NCBI RefSeq assembly: GCF_006345805.1
Contig: NC_042999.1
Coordinates: forward strand, 930,001 to 994,000
DNA from: Octopus sinensis
Lineage: Eukaryota
Reading direction: 5' to 3'
Length of the DNA: 64,000 nucleotides
Part shown: one piece after another, positions 1 through 11,925 of the stretch
How the letters are laid out: each line of letters opens with the position of its first letter
How positions within the stretch are numbered: position 1 is the stretch's first letter
Position numbers and translations under genes: made by a program
Notes under the pieces: model-generated
What the model was told of the DNA's origin: nothing
Seen by the model: only the letters and a program-made list of their open reading frames with translations
Databases searched by the model: none

Positions 1-94
1 ATAAGAAATAAGCATAAATTACAGAAAATTTCAGTCAAAAGAAAGAATAAATTAAATGATTTTAAATAACAGAAATGACAACGATTATAATAAC

Positions 95-222
95 ACAAAT
101 ATTAATATAATAATATAATAATAATATAATAATTATTATATTATTATTATTATTATATTATTATTATATTATTATTAATATATTATTATTATTATTATTA
201 TTATTAATACATTATTATTATT

Positions 223-254
<32 letters not shown>

Positions 255-320
255 CATTATTATTATTATTATTATTATTAATATTATTATTATTATATTA
301 TTATTATTATTATTATTATA

Positions 321-357
<37 letters not shown>

Positions 358-443
358 ATTATTATTATTATTATTATTATTATTATCATTTATTATATTA
401 TTATTATTATTATATTATTATGATTATTATTATTATGATATTA

Positions 444-479
<36 letters not shown>

Positions 480-540
480 ATTATTATTATTATTATTATT
501 ATTATATTATTATTGTATTGATAATAATAATAACTATTGA
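95..540. repeat. Degenerate (ATT)n microsatellite
   Basis: Long imperfect ATT/TAT array; source of the poly-Ile ORFs in the track. Confidence 0.95.
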
Positions 541-556
541 ACAATCGTAAGAAAAA

Positions 557-696
557 GTGATGATGATGATGATAGTGAGGGTGATGGTGATCGTGACGAC
601 GGCGACGATGATGATCATGATGGTGGTGATGATGGTGATGATGATACTGCTTACTAATGCTACTACTGCTGCTGCTGCTACTACTACTGCTGCTGC

Positions 697-740
<44 letters not shown>

Positions 741-865
741 TGACGCATATGAGAGAAGAAGAAGTTAGAAGAAGAAGAAGAAGGAGGAGGAGAAGAAGAA
801 GAAAAGTAAGAAGAAGAATAAGAAGAAGAAGAGAGAGAAGAAGAAGAAGAAAGAAGAAGAAGAAG

Positions 866-895
<30 letters not shown>
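557..895. repeat. Compound trinucleotide array (GAT/GGT/GAC, CTA/GCT, AAT, GAA)
   Basis: Successive pure triplet blocks read directly from the sequence. Confidence 0.95.
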
Positions 896-896
<1 letters not shown>

Positions 897-1513
897 CCTT
901 TGTCAAATATTGCCGGTAAAAACAACAAAAACCACTCCAACGTCCGCTCTACATCCGAGGATTATGAAAAGATTGTCTTGTCACAGTTCATACCTCTTGC
1001 TATTTTCAACATATCATTTATTTCTCTGAACGTTCTTATTACACATTTTACATATGAATCTCAAGTCTAAATCAACCTTCTAGATTTAGGCACAAACATC
1101 AGTGACTCGCTGAACCTATTATATTAACCTTAACCTGACTTGTCAGCCATTTTCATTTATCTAACACAATAGGTTATTTCAACACTAAATTTAATTGGCT
1201 TCTTGCTGTTTTCCGAATACAAAACACTTTCAAATTGATAGTTTAATTTCTATTACTAAGCAAAGAGTAATTGTAAAATCTGTCAACCTACAGCTTGTGT
1301 TTTCTATTTATTTCTCCTCAAAACCATCTTTGTTTTATTTGTCTCCTTCTTCTTGGCGGTTTTTGACTTCCATTTTTAATTTAAGATATATATCCTGTAA
1401 AGTACACTGTCTTTTGTATGTAATAAGCTTTTTTCAAAGTATGGCGCATTGATATCTAAAATGTGTCAGTGGTACAGAATGAAAGAGGTTTAGATTTTTT
1501 TTCCCATGGACGA

Positions 1514-1760
1514 AGGCGTGGCTGTGGGGTTACGAATCTCGATTTGCAGCCAGGAACATTCGGGGTTCAATTCAGTCCCACTGTGCAGCACATGGGACGT
1601 GTGCCTTCTAACATAGCGACAGATCGACCAAGGCCGTGTAGAATTTAGAAGGTGGAAACTTATTCTTTGTAAACTTAGTACTTATTCTTCCGCTAAGTTA
1701 CGGGGACACAAACACACCTGCATCGGTTCTCAAGCGATGTTGGGGACAAACACATACACA

Positions 1761-1765
<5 letters not shown>
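1514..1765. mobile_element. SINE family A fragments (decayed 5' half on +, 3' half on -)
   Basis: Matches to the GGCGTGGCTGTG...CAGTCCCACTG head and to the reverse complement of the CCCCGTAACTTAGCGG module seen in full copies. Confidence 0.7.
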
Positions 1766-1795
<30 letters not shown>

Positions 1796-1870
1796 CACAC
1801 TATATACATATATACATATATACATATATACATATATACACACACACTATATACATATATACATATACTA

Positions 1871-1994
1871 CATGGCTCCAGGTCGAGTCCCACTGCGTGG
1901 CACCTTGGGCAAATGTCTTCTAGTATATTCTCGGGCCGACCAAAGCCCTGTGAGTGGGTTTGGTAGACGGAAACTGAAAGAAGCCCGTCGTATG

Positions 1995-2033
<39 letters not shown>

Positions 2034-2034
2034 C

Positions 2035-2066
<32 letters not shown>

Positions 2067-2303
2067 GTGTGTGTGTGTGTATGTTTGTGTGTCTGTGTTT
2101 GACCCCCCCACACACACACCTACATCGCTTGACAGCCGATGCTGGTGTGTTTACGTTCTCGTAAATTAGCGGTTCGGCAAAAGAGACCGATAGAATAAGT
2201 ACTAGGGTTACAAAGAATAAGTCATGGGGTCGATTTGCTCGACTAAAGGCGGTGCTCCAGCATGGCCGCAGTCAAATGGCTGAAACAAGTAAAAGAGTAA
2301 GAA
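1871..2303 (+). mobile_element. SINE family A, near full length with internal (TA)n(TG)n
   Basis: CCCACTGCGTGGCACCTTGGGC...GAAAGAAGCCCGTCG-[microsatellite]-...GGCGGTGCTCCAGCATGGCCGCAGTCAAATGGCTGAAAC; same layout in many copies in the window. Confidence 0.9.
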
Positions 2304-2449
2304 GAATATAAAGAAAATACTAACCTGATTATCAAAGGGCGGTAACTATGCTAACGAAGTAGACTCGAGTAAAACTAAACAATTACCGTAAAGTGCTCGA
2401 GTCAGTCTCTTGTTACTGAGTCAGGGAGTAAGTCGATCAAAACGAAATA

Positions 2450-2521
<72 letters not shown>

Positions 2522-3012
2522 TAATTGTGTCTATTTACACAGGAATGCAGGATAAGCTTTGAAAACATTAATGACGCCTAATCAGCCAGGCAAATATGTG
2601 ACCCACTCATCTAGTGGTTAATGTCTTGATGACGATCGATTCGCATTAATTTCGCAGATGCCAAGGCAACATTAAACACATTCGAATTAGGAGGCGATTG
2701 ATCAAGGATAAATATTAAGAAATTCTATTGTAATAAATGTCAAGTGTAGATCTGTTGATATTGCAAGAAGCCGTTTTGTGTATTTATTCCGCACGAAATC
2801 CTTGTTATGCCCCAAAATAGTGTTCATAATAAGAAATAAAATTTTTTATTTGATCTGGTACACATAAACGCAAAATTTCTTAAACACACATACGCACATG
2901 TATGTATGTATGTGTGTGTTTATGTACGTGTTTCTATTATGTTTATACGAACACACTCACATGCACATGCATATACACACAAACACTCACTCGCACCCTA
3001 TCCTTATATACA

Positions 3013-3043
<31 letters not shown>

Positions 3044-3070
3044 TTATATAAATATATAATATATAATTAT

Positions 3071-3126
<56 letters not shown>

Positions 3127-3375
3127 TATGTATGTATATATATATATATATACATATATAACTCCAAGAAAGTTAGAGGTTGTGATCCAACCCACTAAGG
3201 ATAATATCTATCCAATATACTGCTGGTAGAATACCCAAATATTAATGCACCAGTGTTTTTCATTGCATTGCAATTACATTACCTAGTGTACTAAATGGGT
3301 GAAGGTAAAGAGATATTTTACCATTAATTTATAACGCAATAAGAAAATGGAGGGGGCAATAGGTGGTTCATCAAC

Positions 3376-4324
3376 TTTTAGACATTATGTTAACTTATTT
3401 ATTTATTTAATAAACTGATAATTACAATAATATACATACATACATATAACATATTATGCTTTACATACAAGATATAAAATATAGTAATATGTAAGGATAC
3501 CAATAATTATTATAAATAACGAACATGAATATATATTGGGAATTTAACTTACAGCTGTTTCAGCCAAGAGGTAAAAATACCTCATTCTACCTTTATAACT
3601 CAAGTGGAATGAAGTAATAGGTAGTGAAAATGAGGTGTTTATTTTATATTTATATTTATATTATTTATAACATAACATTATGTACTTTATAATCTCTGAC
3701 GAAGCCTAGAGATATATCCAAGTACCTCATTTTCATCTACCTATTATTTCACTCCACTTGAATAATAAAGGTAGAATGAGGCATTTTTATCTCTTTGCTG
3801 AAACAGCTGTAAGTTATTTTCCCAATTTATATTCATGTATGTTATTTATAATAATTACTGGTATCCTTATATATTACTATATTCTATATCTTATATGTAA
3901 AGCATAATATGTTATACATGTATGTATATTATTGTAATTATCAGTTTAGTAAATAAATAAGTGAACATAATCTCGTCAGAGATTATAAAGTACGTAATGT
4001 TATGTTATAAATAAATATAAATATAAACATAAAATAAACACCTCATTTTCATCAACCTATTACTTCATTCCACTTGAGTTATAAAGGTAGAATGAGGTAT
4101 TTTTATCTCTTGGCTGAAACAGCTGTAAGTTAAATTCCCAATATATATTCACGTTCGTTATTTATAATAATTATTGGTATCCTTACATATTACTATATTT
4201 TATATCTTGTATGTAAAGCATAATATGTTATATGTATGTATTTTATTGTAATTATCAGTTTAGTAAATAAGTTAACAAATAACTTAGTAAATAAGTAAAT
4301 AATAAGTTAACATGATGTCTAAAA
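3376..4324. repeat. Large inverted repeat of an HHR-bearing, Penelope pseudo-LTR-like unit
   Basis: 3376-3702 is the imperfect reverse complement of 3973-4324; the spacer holds a third copy of the 3' part of the unit. Confidence 0.85.
3689..3817 (+). ncRNA. Type I hammerhead ribozyme with long helix II
   Basis: CTGACGA at 3696-3702; helix II closes AGCCTAGAGAT/ATCTCTTTGCT around a 97-nt hairpin; GAA-ACAGCTGT-A at 3800-3811 (palindromic helix III, GUA site); helix I ATAA(T)CT/AGTTAT. Confidence 0.75.
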
Positions 4325-5239
4325 TTATACTATAAATTAAATTGAACCCTTTATAAGTCAATACTATGTTCTACTGTGTTAGCAGTCGTTTTACATCACT
4401 TGATAAGGTTATTTCTGCAGATTCTCAGGTGTTCTCGAACCCTGTACTACTGATTTCCTCCGTAAAATCGGGGTAACCGAGACTCGTCTCAGATATTAGC
4501 ACAAGCGTTGTGGTTCGGCTACTGCAGTGAGTGTCGCTGTCTATTTTCCGCGGCAAGGCCATTGCGGTCATAAGTACAGGGTGCTGGTGATCCTTCTATT
4601 TGTTCTGGAGTGTGTGATCCTCCATCTTCTGCTGCTCGCTCCTTCCTTTTTCTTTTTTGCTTTCTGTTTCTTTATTCTTTTGCGTTTAAATGTTATAATT
4701 TAAAATGTGATCATTTGGTTTATCAAATAAATTAATAAACTTACAAGTATTCCTTTGGACCAATGAGATTCAAAATGAAGCTTTCGCTTCTAAATAATAG
4801 TTGTAACAATAGATCTCTATACTCTATTAGATTTTCAATTTCCCACCCTGAAATAATAGATTACAGTAACCAAAGTCTGTTAAACTATATTAAAGTTAAT
4901 ACAAACAAGCAAATATTCTGATACTACAGAATAAGAAATTACAGACAGAAAATACAGAGAAAAAAAAGGAAGTGTATTGCATTGCTGTAGACTTTGATGT
5001 AATCGTGTTTACTACGTAATGATATCAAATTGTTGTTCCGTAATTTGTTTTTAGTTCAGATTTCTTTATAAATTTTCATTATATTCAGATAATAGCAGGC
5101 AAATATATACAAATCAATCCCATATAATAATGTAACAAATATCAATTATGAATGAAATTTTCTTATCATTAACTTCGATGTCTTAGCGGTTTGTTTCGCT
5201 TTGTGATACTTATGTAAGAATACTTCTTTACCTTGTCGC

Positions 5240-5293
<54 letters not shown>

Positions 5294-5394
5294 CACATAT
5301 TACACTATATATAATATATATACATATATATATATACATATATATATATACATAATATATGCACATTTATATATATATATAATATGTCTGTATA

Positions 5395-5425
<31 letters not shown>

Positions 5426-6162
5426 CTATGTGTGTGTGTGTGTGTGTGTATGTGTGTGTGTGTGTGTCTACATAGACAGATAGATTTTGCTGTCTTTGGT
5501 TAAGTGTTTTACTTCTTGGAAAATAAATATGATTATCTAAATAATTACATTTCAACTCAAAAATACTAACACACATCTGATATTACATATTCCTTTGAGC
5601 AATTGAATTTCATCTTGAATTTATTTTCTTCTTTCTTGAATAGATATCTTGATGTTACTTATAGATATATAAATACACGTAAACTTGTTGCGAAGATTGC
5701 TTTGGGTTAAAAATCAAGTTAGCATTACTTAGACAACAGCAGGAAATCAGCTATCACTACTTCGAAATTTTCTTATACTCTCTTCATGTCTAGCCGTTTA
5801 TTCATTCTGTTTTCATTTAAGTGCTAAAATCTGTAACAGTATTAAGTCCCTATTCGTATCTTCTCCATAAGAACATAAACAGGAAAAAAAAACACACACA
5901 AATTAAAATAACAACAAAATCTACATAGAAAATAACCTTACGTCAGACAAAAGTTAATCGATGGTTGTGAATAAAACCCGTGGCAAATGATAACACAACA
6001 AACTAGAAAATAAGCATTGAAGATATGAAAATGTAGGAATAATTAAAAAACAATATATAAAATTCAGTAAGCACATTCTACCCGCGGGTGAGAGGCAATG
6101 TTATTGTCGGTGTGTTTAGCTTCTTGTCACCCAAGAACGGACCATATATATGAATATACATA

Positions 6163-6322
6163 TAGGCGTAGAAGTGGCTGTGTGGTAAGTAGCCACTTAC
6201 ATGGTTCTGGGTTCAGTTCTACTGCGTGGTACCTTGGCCAAATGTCTGCTACTATAACCTCGGGCCGACCAAAACCATGTGAGTGGATTTGGTAGACGGG
6301 AACTGAAACACGTCATCCCGTT
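6163..6322 (+). mobile_element. SINE family A 5' half
   Basis: GTGGCTGTGTGGTAAG...GGATTTGGTAGACGGGAACTGAAA. Confidence 0.85.
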
Positions 6323-6646
6323 TATATGTATGTAATATAATTTTTTCTGAAACTTCAGATTTTTAAATATGCTAGGCCACTGGTTTTAAATTGATATTAA
6401 TCAAATTAATATTCAATTTTTCACCTTATTATTTTAAATTTAAATTTAAATTTAAATAACTATGTTCTCTAACCGGCAAAATTCACTGCAGAGAATTATT
6501 TTCGGCAGAAATATTTCCGGTAGTTTGGCGCGCCAAAACGAAGGCTTTTGAAAAGTGACCCCAATTGTAATTGGTAGAACTGTATACATATTCCATCTCA
6601 TACGAACGTCTGGTGTATGGTTCTTCAAATTATATTTGCAAAGACG

Positions 6647-6719
6647 ATCACACTGACGAGTTGCAGATAATTACATAAATGATTACGTAAGCATTAACAA
6701 TGAAACCTAGTTTGTAATT
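6647..6719 (+). ncRNA. Degenerate type I hammerhead motif
   Basis: ATCACA-CTGACGA-GTTG...CAAT-GAA-ACCTAGTT-T-TGTAAT; helix I 5 of 6 pairs; helix III is one change from the palindrome ACCTAGGT. Confidence 0.45.
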
Positions 6720-6844
6720 AATCTATATATTATATCTTTTCATTTGTCTTGCTCGCTTACGTTCGGGCATTTGCAAAATTTTCTTGAGAACAATCCTTTC
6801 TTAGTGGTAAGACAATAGCGGATCTTCTAGCATAATGGATGTCT

Positions 6845-7037
6845 TCTCTTCCATTTTAAAGAGTTAGAGAATTAACACAGGTTATAGGAACCTAGACCTT
6901 ATTCCACGAAAAGATAACTTAAACTGTGCTTTAAATGGAGGTGTAGTCAAATCCTATTTTATGGACTCAACCATGTTCTAAAATAGTCGAAAGGTAAGCT
7001 ACTATAAATTGGCACGAACTTTCCGGACAACCCAATA
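6845..7037 (-). mobile_element. Mariner transposon 5' end
   Basis: TA plus TIR TTGGGTTGTCCGGAAAGTTCGTGCC leading to ATGGAAG; close to the 55880-56077 copy, which carries transposase sequence. Confidence 0.8.
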
Positions 7038-7738
7038 ATACAAATTTAATACATACACGCACACGTACACACAAGCACGAGCACGGACACACACACACAC
7101 ACATATCGTTTAATGTATTTATGAACTAACAATAGTTTCATATGTTGGAGACGTGATCTAGGAAGGTTTTGTATAACACACCTGTTGAGCTTACCTTGAC
7201 GAAAACGTAAACTATATATTTATATATTCGTGTGAGTGCGTGCGTGTGAATATACATGTGTGCGTGGGCGTATGAGTGTGTGACACCGCGCGCGTGTACT
7301 TATACACCTACGCACAAGTCTATTTACGTTGATATACAGGAAGTCAATGAACGGCATATGTATATATGCGTATAAATATGTGTAGGAGGCTAGATAACAG
7401 GTGATAAGAATGGGAAATATATATGTTAATCGGTAACACCAAAGCATTATTCATATGTATAATGCCTTTCAATATTCATCCTCTTCATAATAAATCCATT
7501 ATTTACCTCCGTATCTTTTATATATATACTCACACACAGACACACATATATTCTATGTATATATGCATGTATATGTGGCATGCATGAGTGTGTATGCATC
7601 TATGTATGTATACATAACTATGTTTAAAAGTGCTTTTCTTCTCTCTATAAATATATGTGTGTGCATGTATATATATATTTTATTATACACTGATACATAT
7701 TTACATATAAAATCACGCAGCTAATATATTGTAACGAT

Positions 7739-7788
<50 letters not shown>

Positions 7789-8574
7789 TATATAATTGGA
7801 TATGAGCATATATACTTGTGTTGATACATCTAAACATATACGTAGACACACACACACACACATAACGTTAAATGTACTGAAATACAGAGAACAGTGAACA
7901 ATGGAAGATGAAAAAAATATCTATTCGTTTTCAGTATATTGTTGCTTGAAATAAATTTAGCTCCATAAGTAGGAGTTATGTTATAAATATGAATTTTATA
8001 CACACAAAATAACCAGTACATGAATACTGAATTGCTGTATAGTTTTGAGTATCTCTTTCATGAAACGCATGCATAAATACCTATTTTAATTGTATACATA
8101 CGTACATGCATACATATATACATACACACTCTCATATATGCATAAATATATATATATATAGTCATATATTCAAATATATATATATATATTATAATTATGA
8201 ATGTACATACACACGCATATATAGAAATGCTTCCATACATATACATGCATATGTATGTGTGTGTGTGTGTAGATAGATATAGAGATAGATATATAGATAG
8301 ATAGATAAATTAAATGTTCTACTTTTATAAAATCAATGAATATTTAGACTATATATAATTTCAAATAAATGCATAAATATCCATATGCACATATACATCG
8401 ACACAAACATACATACATGCATTCATTCATACTTACATACATCTATGCATACATTCTTACACACACACACACACACAGAGAAAAACAGAAAAACAGACGC
8501 GCACACACACACACACACACACACATAAACCAGCAAAACAGATATATTTAAGTAAAAACAACATAGACTCGATA

Positions 8575-8810
8575 TATTTGCAATCCATGATTGTCAACTT
8601 CCGATCGTTTCGTACTGGAAGCCAATTGAAGAAGGGGAGATAAGTTCTATGGTTACTTACAGATGGTTCAGGACACAGCTACAATTTCACCATCTCTGAG
8701 ACTGTTTGTGAGAGAAATTTTTAGTCTTGGTAATGTAACTACATTTCCGTTTCTTCCACTGTGATGCTTTGCTTTTTGATGGATTTTAAATTTCATTTCC
8801 ATATTTATAC
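8575..8810 (+). pseudogene. Possible very decayed piggyBac transposase remnant
   Basis: Frame-shifted pieces WKPIEEG and VLWLLTDGSGHSYNFTI loosely resemble the GKPIRFGYK-W motif; recognition from memory only. Confidence 0.25.
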
Positions 8811-8834
8811 TCTTTCACCTGTTTCAGTCATTTT

Positions 8835-8945
8835 GAACAGCATTGGGCCCTTGAAACCGAAGCTGCTGCGGTGTCTGGGCCTGTATCTTGATGGTGGTAT
8901 TGGGACCTTTGGCACAATGCACTGGTGCCCGGCTCTGGTCTTCGT
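8835..8945 (-). mobile_element. CR1-like LINE ORF2 C-terminal fragment
   Basis: TRAGHQCIVPKVPIPPSRYRPRHRSSFGFKGPMLF aligns by eye with the 17985-18273 fragment. Confidence 0.6.
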
Positions 8946-8959
8946 GTAACTTTAAATAT

Positions 8960-9191
8960 GCATGTATGTATGTATGTATGTATGTATGTATGTATGTATG
9001 TATGTATGTATGTATGTATGTATGTATGTATGTATGTATGTATGTATGTATATATGTATGTATGTATGTATATATGTATGTATGTATGTATGTATGAATG
9101 TATGTATGTATGTATGTATGTATGTATATATGTATGTATGTATGTATGTATTATGTATGTATGTATGTATGTATGTATGTATGTATGTATG

Positions 9192-9253
<62 letters not shown>

Positions 9254-9535
9254 TGTATGTATGTATGTATGTATGTATGTATATATGTATGTATGTATGT
9301 ATGTACATATGCACTTCTTCAATTTTATTTCAAGATTTCTTGCCAATAGGGAAAGAGCCGGTTTCTAACCTAGATCCAAGGCTCCTACATTGGAATTTCA
9401 ACATCAACAACAGGGTATGTATGAATGAATGTATGTACGTATGTACGTATGTATATATGTATGTATGTATGTATTATGTATGTATGTATGTATGTATGTA
9501 TGTATGTATGTATGTATGTATGTATGTATGTATGT
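8960..9535. repeat. (TATG)n microsatellite, interrupted at 9307-9416
   Basis: Direct reading; explains the YVCM/HTYI ORFs. Confidence 0.95.
9325..9416 (-). mobile_element. Unclassified dispersed repeat (second copy 60684-60774)
   Basis: TTTCAAGATTTCTTGCCAATAGGGAAAGAGCCGG...CATCAACAACAGGGTA occurs twice in the window. Confidence 0.75.
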
Positions 9536-9632
9536 ATTCTTATGCATATAGCTGCATGTCTAGACATGCTCATATATATTTAAATATTAAACTTCTGGAA
9601 AGTTTTACAGATATTTTGAAGTTCCAGTGACG

Positions 9633-9835
9633 GAGTTCCTGCGTTAAGGGTATCGTGAAAGGTGAGGCTGGAGGCCCAACCTTCCCACATCTTTTACAGT
9701 ACTTAGAAAAACTGAGGGACCGTTGCAATAAGTGTGTAAATTTGAGAGGGCAATATGTTGGATAAAATCATAATTTACTGATCCTTCTGTATTTTCTTTT
9801 ACTCAAAGCCAGGAACCTTTCAGCACCCATTCCTA
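9633..9835 (+). mobile_element. Mariner-derived MITE, left end decayed
   Basis: Homologous to the complete copy at 58874-59095. Confidence 0.8.
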
Positions 9836-10221
9836 TATGTATATGTCAGTCACAACACCATTAATTAAGAAATACAGGCTAGTAAGTTTTATTCTTGTAA
9901 TTCAATGAAAGATATCTAAATATATTCGAATAGAAGATAATCTCAAAGCCACTTTAAACTTTTGCATTCAGAGATAAGGACTTTTTATGCTTAACTAGAT
10001 TTTCATTGGTGGTTCATATTTCACAAATACAGCGTAAGTTAACATATTTATGTAGCAACCCATTGCTAAATCCCGTAACATCTCGTGTCCAGCGCATCAT
10101 GTATTAAATATATCCTGTAGAACTTCAATTGCGTTATACTAATGGCTGCTGGTGAGATAACATTATTAGCGATCTACATTCAGGATGTTAGAGTCTAACG
10201 ACGAAAGTTGGTCTTAATTAC

Positions 10222-10350
10222 CTTTGAAAATCTGATAACTGGAACCACATTTAAAGTGTTAAGCCCTTTCTTCACAATAGATTTTTCACCTGTATTATCA
10301 TGGAACATTGGTTCAAGATAATTTCCGTTGAATAATGGTTTATCATTGAT
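10222..10350 (-). CDS. Candidate internal coding exon (129 nt, phase 0-0), product unknown
   Basis: tttaatctttgatcacag|ATC...AAG|gtaatt; a single open frame gives INDKPLFNGNYLEPMFHDNTGEKSIVKKGLNTLNVVPVIRFSK and the other two frames contain stops; non-repetitive sequence. Confidence 0.45.
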
Positions 10351-10454
10351 CTGTGATCAAAGATTAAATTTTATTAGGAATTATTTGCTAATCACACCAT
10401 TCCAGGGTTTGACAATAGAATATCAACAGCCTAAACCAATTTCAGCTGAAATCT

Positions 10455-10945
10455 GTCATCACCATCACCATCACTATCAACATTCTTCTTCTTCTTCTTC
10501 TTCTTCTTCTTCTTCTTCTTCTTCTTCTTCTTCTTCTTCTTCTTCTTTTCCTATTTCTTCCGCTTCTTTCTTTCTCTTCTTCCTTTTTCTTCTTTTTCTT
10601 CTTCTTCTTCTCCTTCTTCTCCTTCTTCTCCTTCTTCTCCTTCTTCTCCTTCTTCTCCTTCTTCTCCTTCTTCTCCTTCTTCTCCTTCTTCTCCTTCTTC
10701 TCCTTCTTCTCCTTCTTCTCCTTCTTCTCCTTCTTCTCCTTCTTCTCCTTCTTCTCCTTCTTCTCCTTCTTCTCTTCTTCTTCTTCTCCTTCTTCTCCTT
10801 CTTCTACTACTTCTTCCCCTCCTCCTACTTCTATTTCTTCTACTACTACTTTAGCTTTCTTACTTTTCTAGATGTATTTTTTCCTCCTCCTCCTCCTCCT
10901 CCTCCTCCTACAACTACTACTACTACTGCTGCTGCTGCTGTAACT
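10455..10945. repeat. Compound (CAT)(CTT)n/(TTCTTCTCC)n/(CCT)(CTA)(GCT) array
   Basis: Direct reading; long polypyrimidine tract with a 9-bp higher-order unit. Confidence 0.95.
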
Positions 10946-10997
10946 ACTACATTCTCTATTGACAGTGTCTTACATACGATTCCATGATATTATCATT

Positions 10998-11193
10998 AAG
11001 ACAGTGAGCGAGCAGAATAGTTACCAGGCCGGACGAAGTGCTTAGAGACATTTAATCCGTCTCTACATTCTGAGTTCAAATTCCGCCACCGTTGACTTAG
11101 CTTTTCATCCTTTCGGGTCCGATAAAATAGTCAACGAATTACAACTAATCCCCTTCCGCAAAATTCAGGCTTTGTACTTAGAGCAAAAAGAAT
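10998..11193 (+). mobile_element. SINE family B, diverged
   Basis: TTCTGAGTTCAAATTCCGCC...TTTCATCCTTTCGG core. Confidence 0.75.
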
Positions 11194-11416
11194 GTGTGTG
11201 TGTGTGTGTTTTTGTGTGAATATGTGTGTGTGTGAGTGTGTGTGTGTGTGTGTGTGTGAGTATATGTGTGAGTGAGTGTCTGTTTGTCTGTGTGTGTGAG
11301 TGTGTGCGTGAGTGTGTTTGTGTGAGTGTGTGTGTGAATGTGAGTGTATGCATGAGTGAGTGTGTGTGTGTGTGTGCGTGTGTACGTAATAATTCAACAT
11401 TGATGTTAACCGTATT

Positions 11417-11590
11417 AGGCGTGGCTGCATGGCAAGAAGCTTGCTTCCCAACCAAATAGCTCAGGGTTCAGTCCCATTGCGCAGAACATTGGGCAAGTGT
11501 CTTCCGCAGTAGCCTCGGGCCGACCAAACATTTGTGAATGGATTTGGTAGTAGAGAGAAACTGAAAGTAGCCCGTCGTCTACATATGTTT
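11417..11590 (+). mobile_element. SINE family A 5' half
   Basis: GGCGTGGCTG head through AGCCCGTCG. Confidence 0.85.
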
Positions 11591-11714
11591 GTGTATGAGA
11601 GAGAGAGAGGGAGAGAGAGAGAGAAAGAGAGAGAGAGTGTATGTGTGTGTGTCACGCAGTGGGACTGAACCTGGAACCACTGTCTGAAGCAAACATCCTA
11701 CTACACAGCTGCAC

Positions 11715-11762
<48 letters not shown>

Positions 11763-11925
11763 TAAATAATTAGGGATCAGCAAACGTTTTGCGTTTAGAA
11801 AAAGCAGTCAAATTTTTGGCTATTCTTTCTACTTTAAAGGGAGATCCCAGAGAAACTGAAGCACTCAAAAGCAAACCACGCAGGTAGAAGGGGAAAAAAG
11901 ACGAAACTCATTCTATAATAAGTTG

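Noticed and set aside
204-940. Poly-I/L/S/H/R/K ORFs from the ORF track
   Set aside because: They are translations of trinucleotide microsatellites. The same applies to the YI, HT, CV and YVCM ORFs throughout the window.
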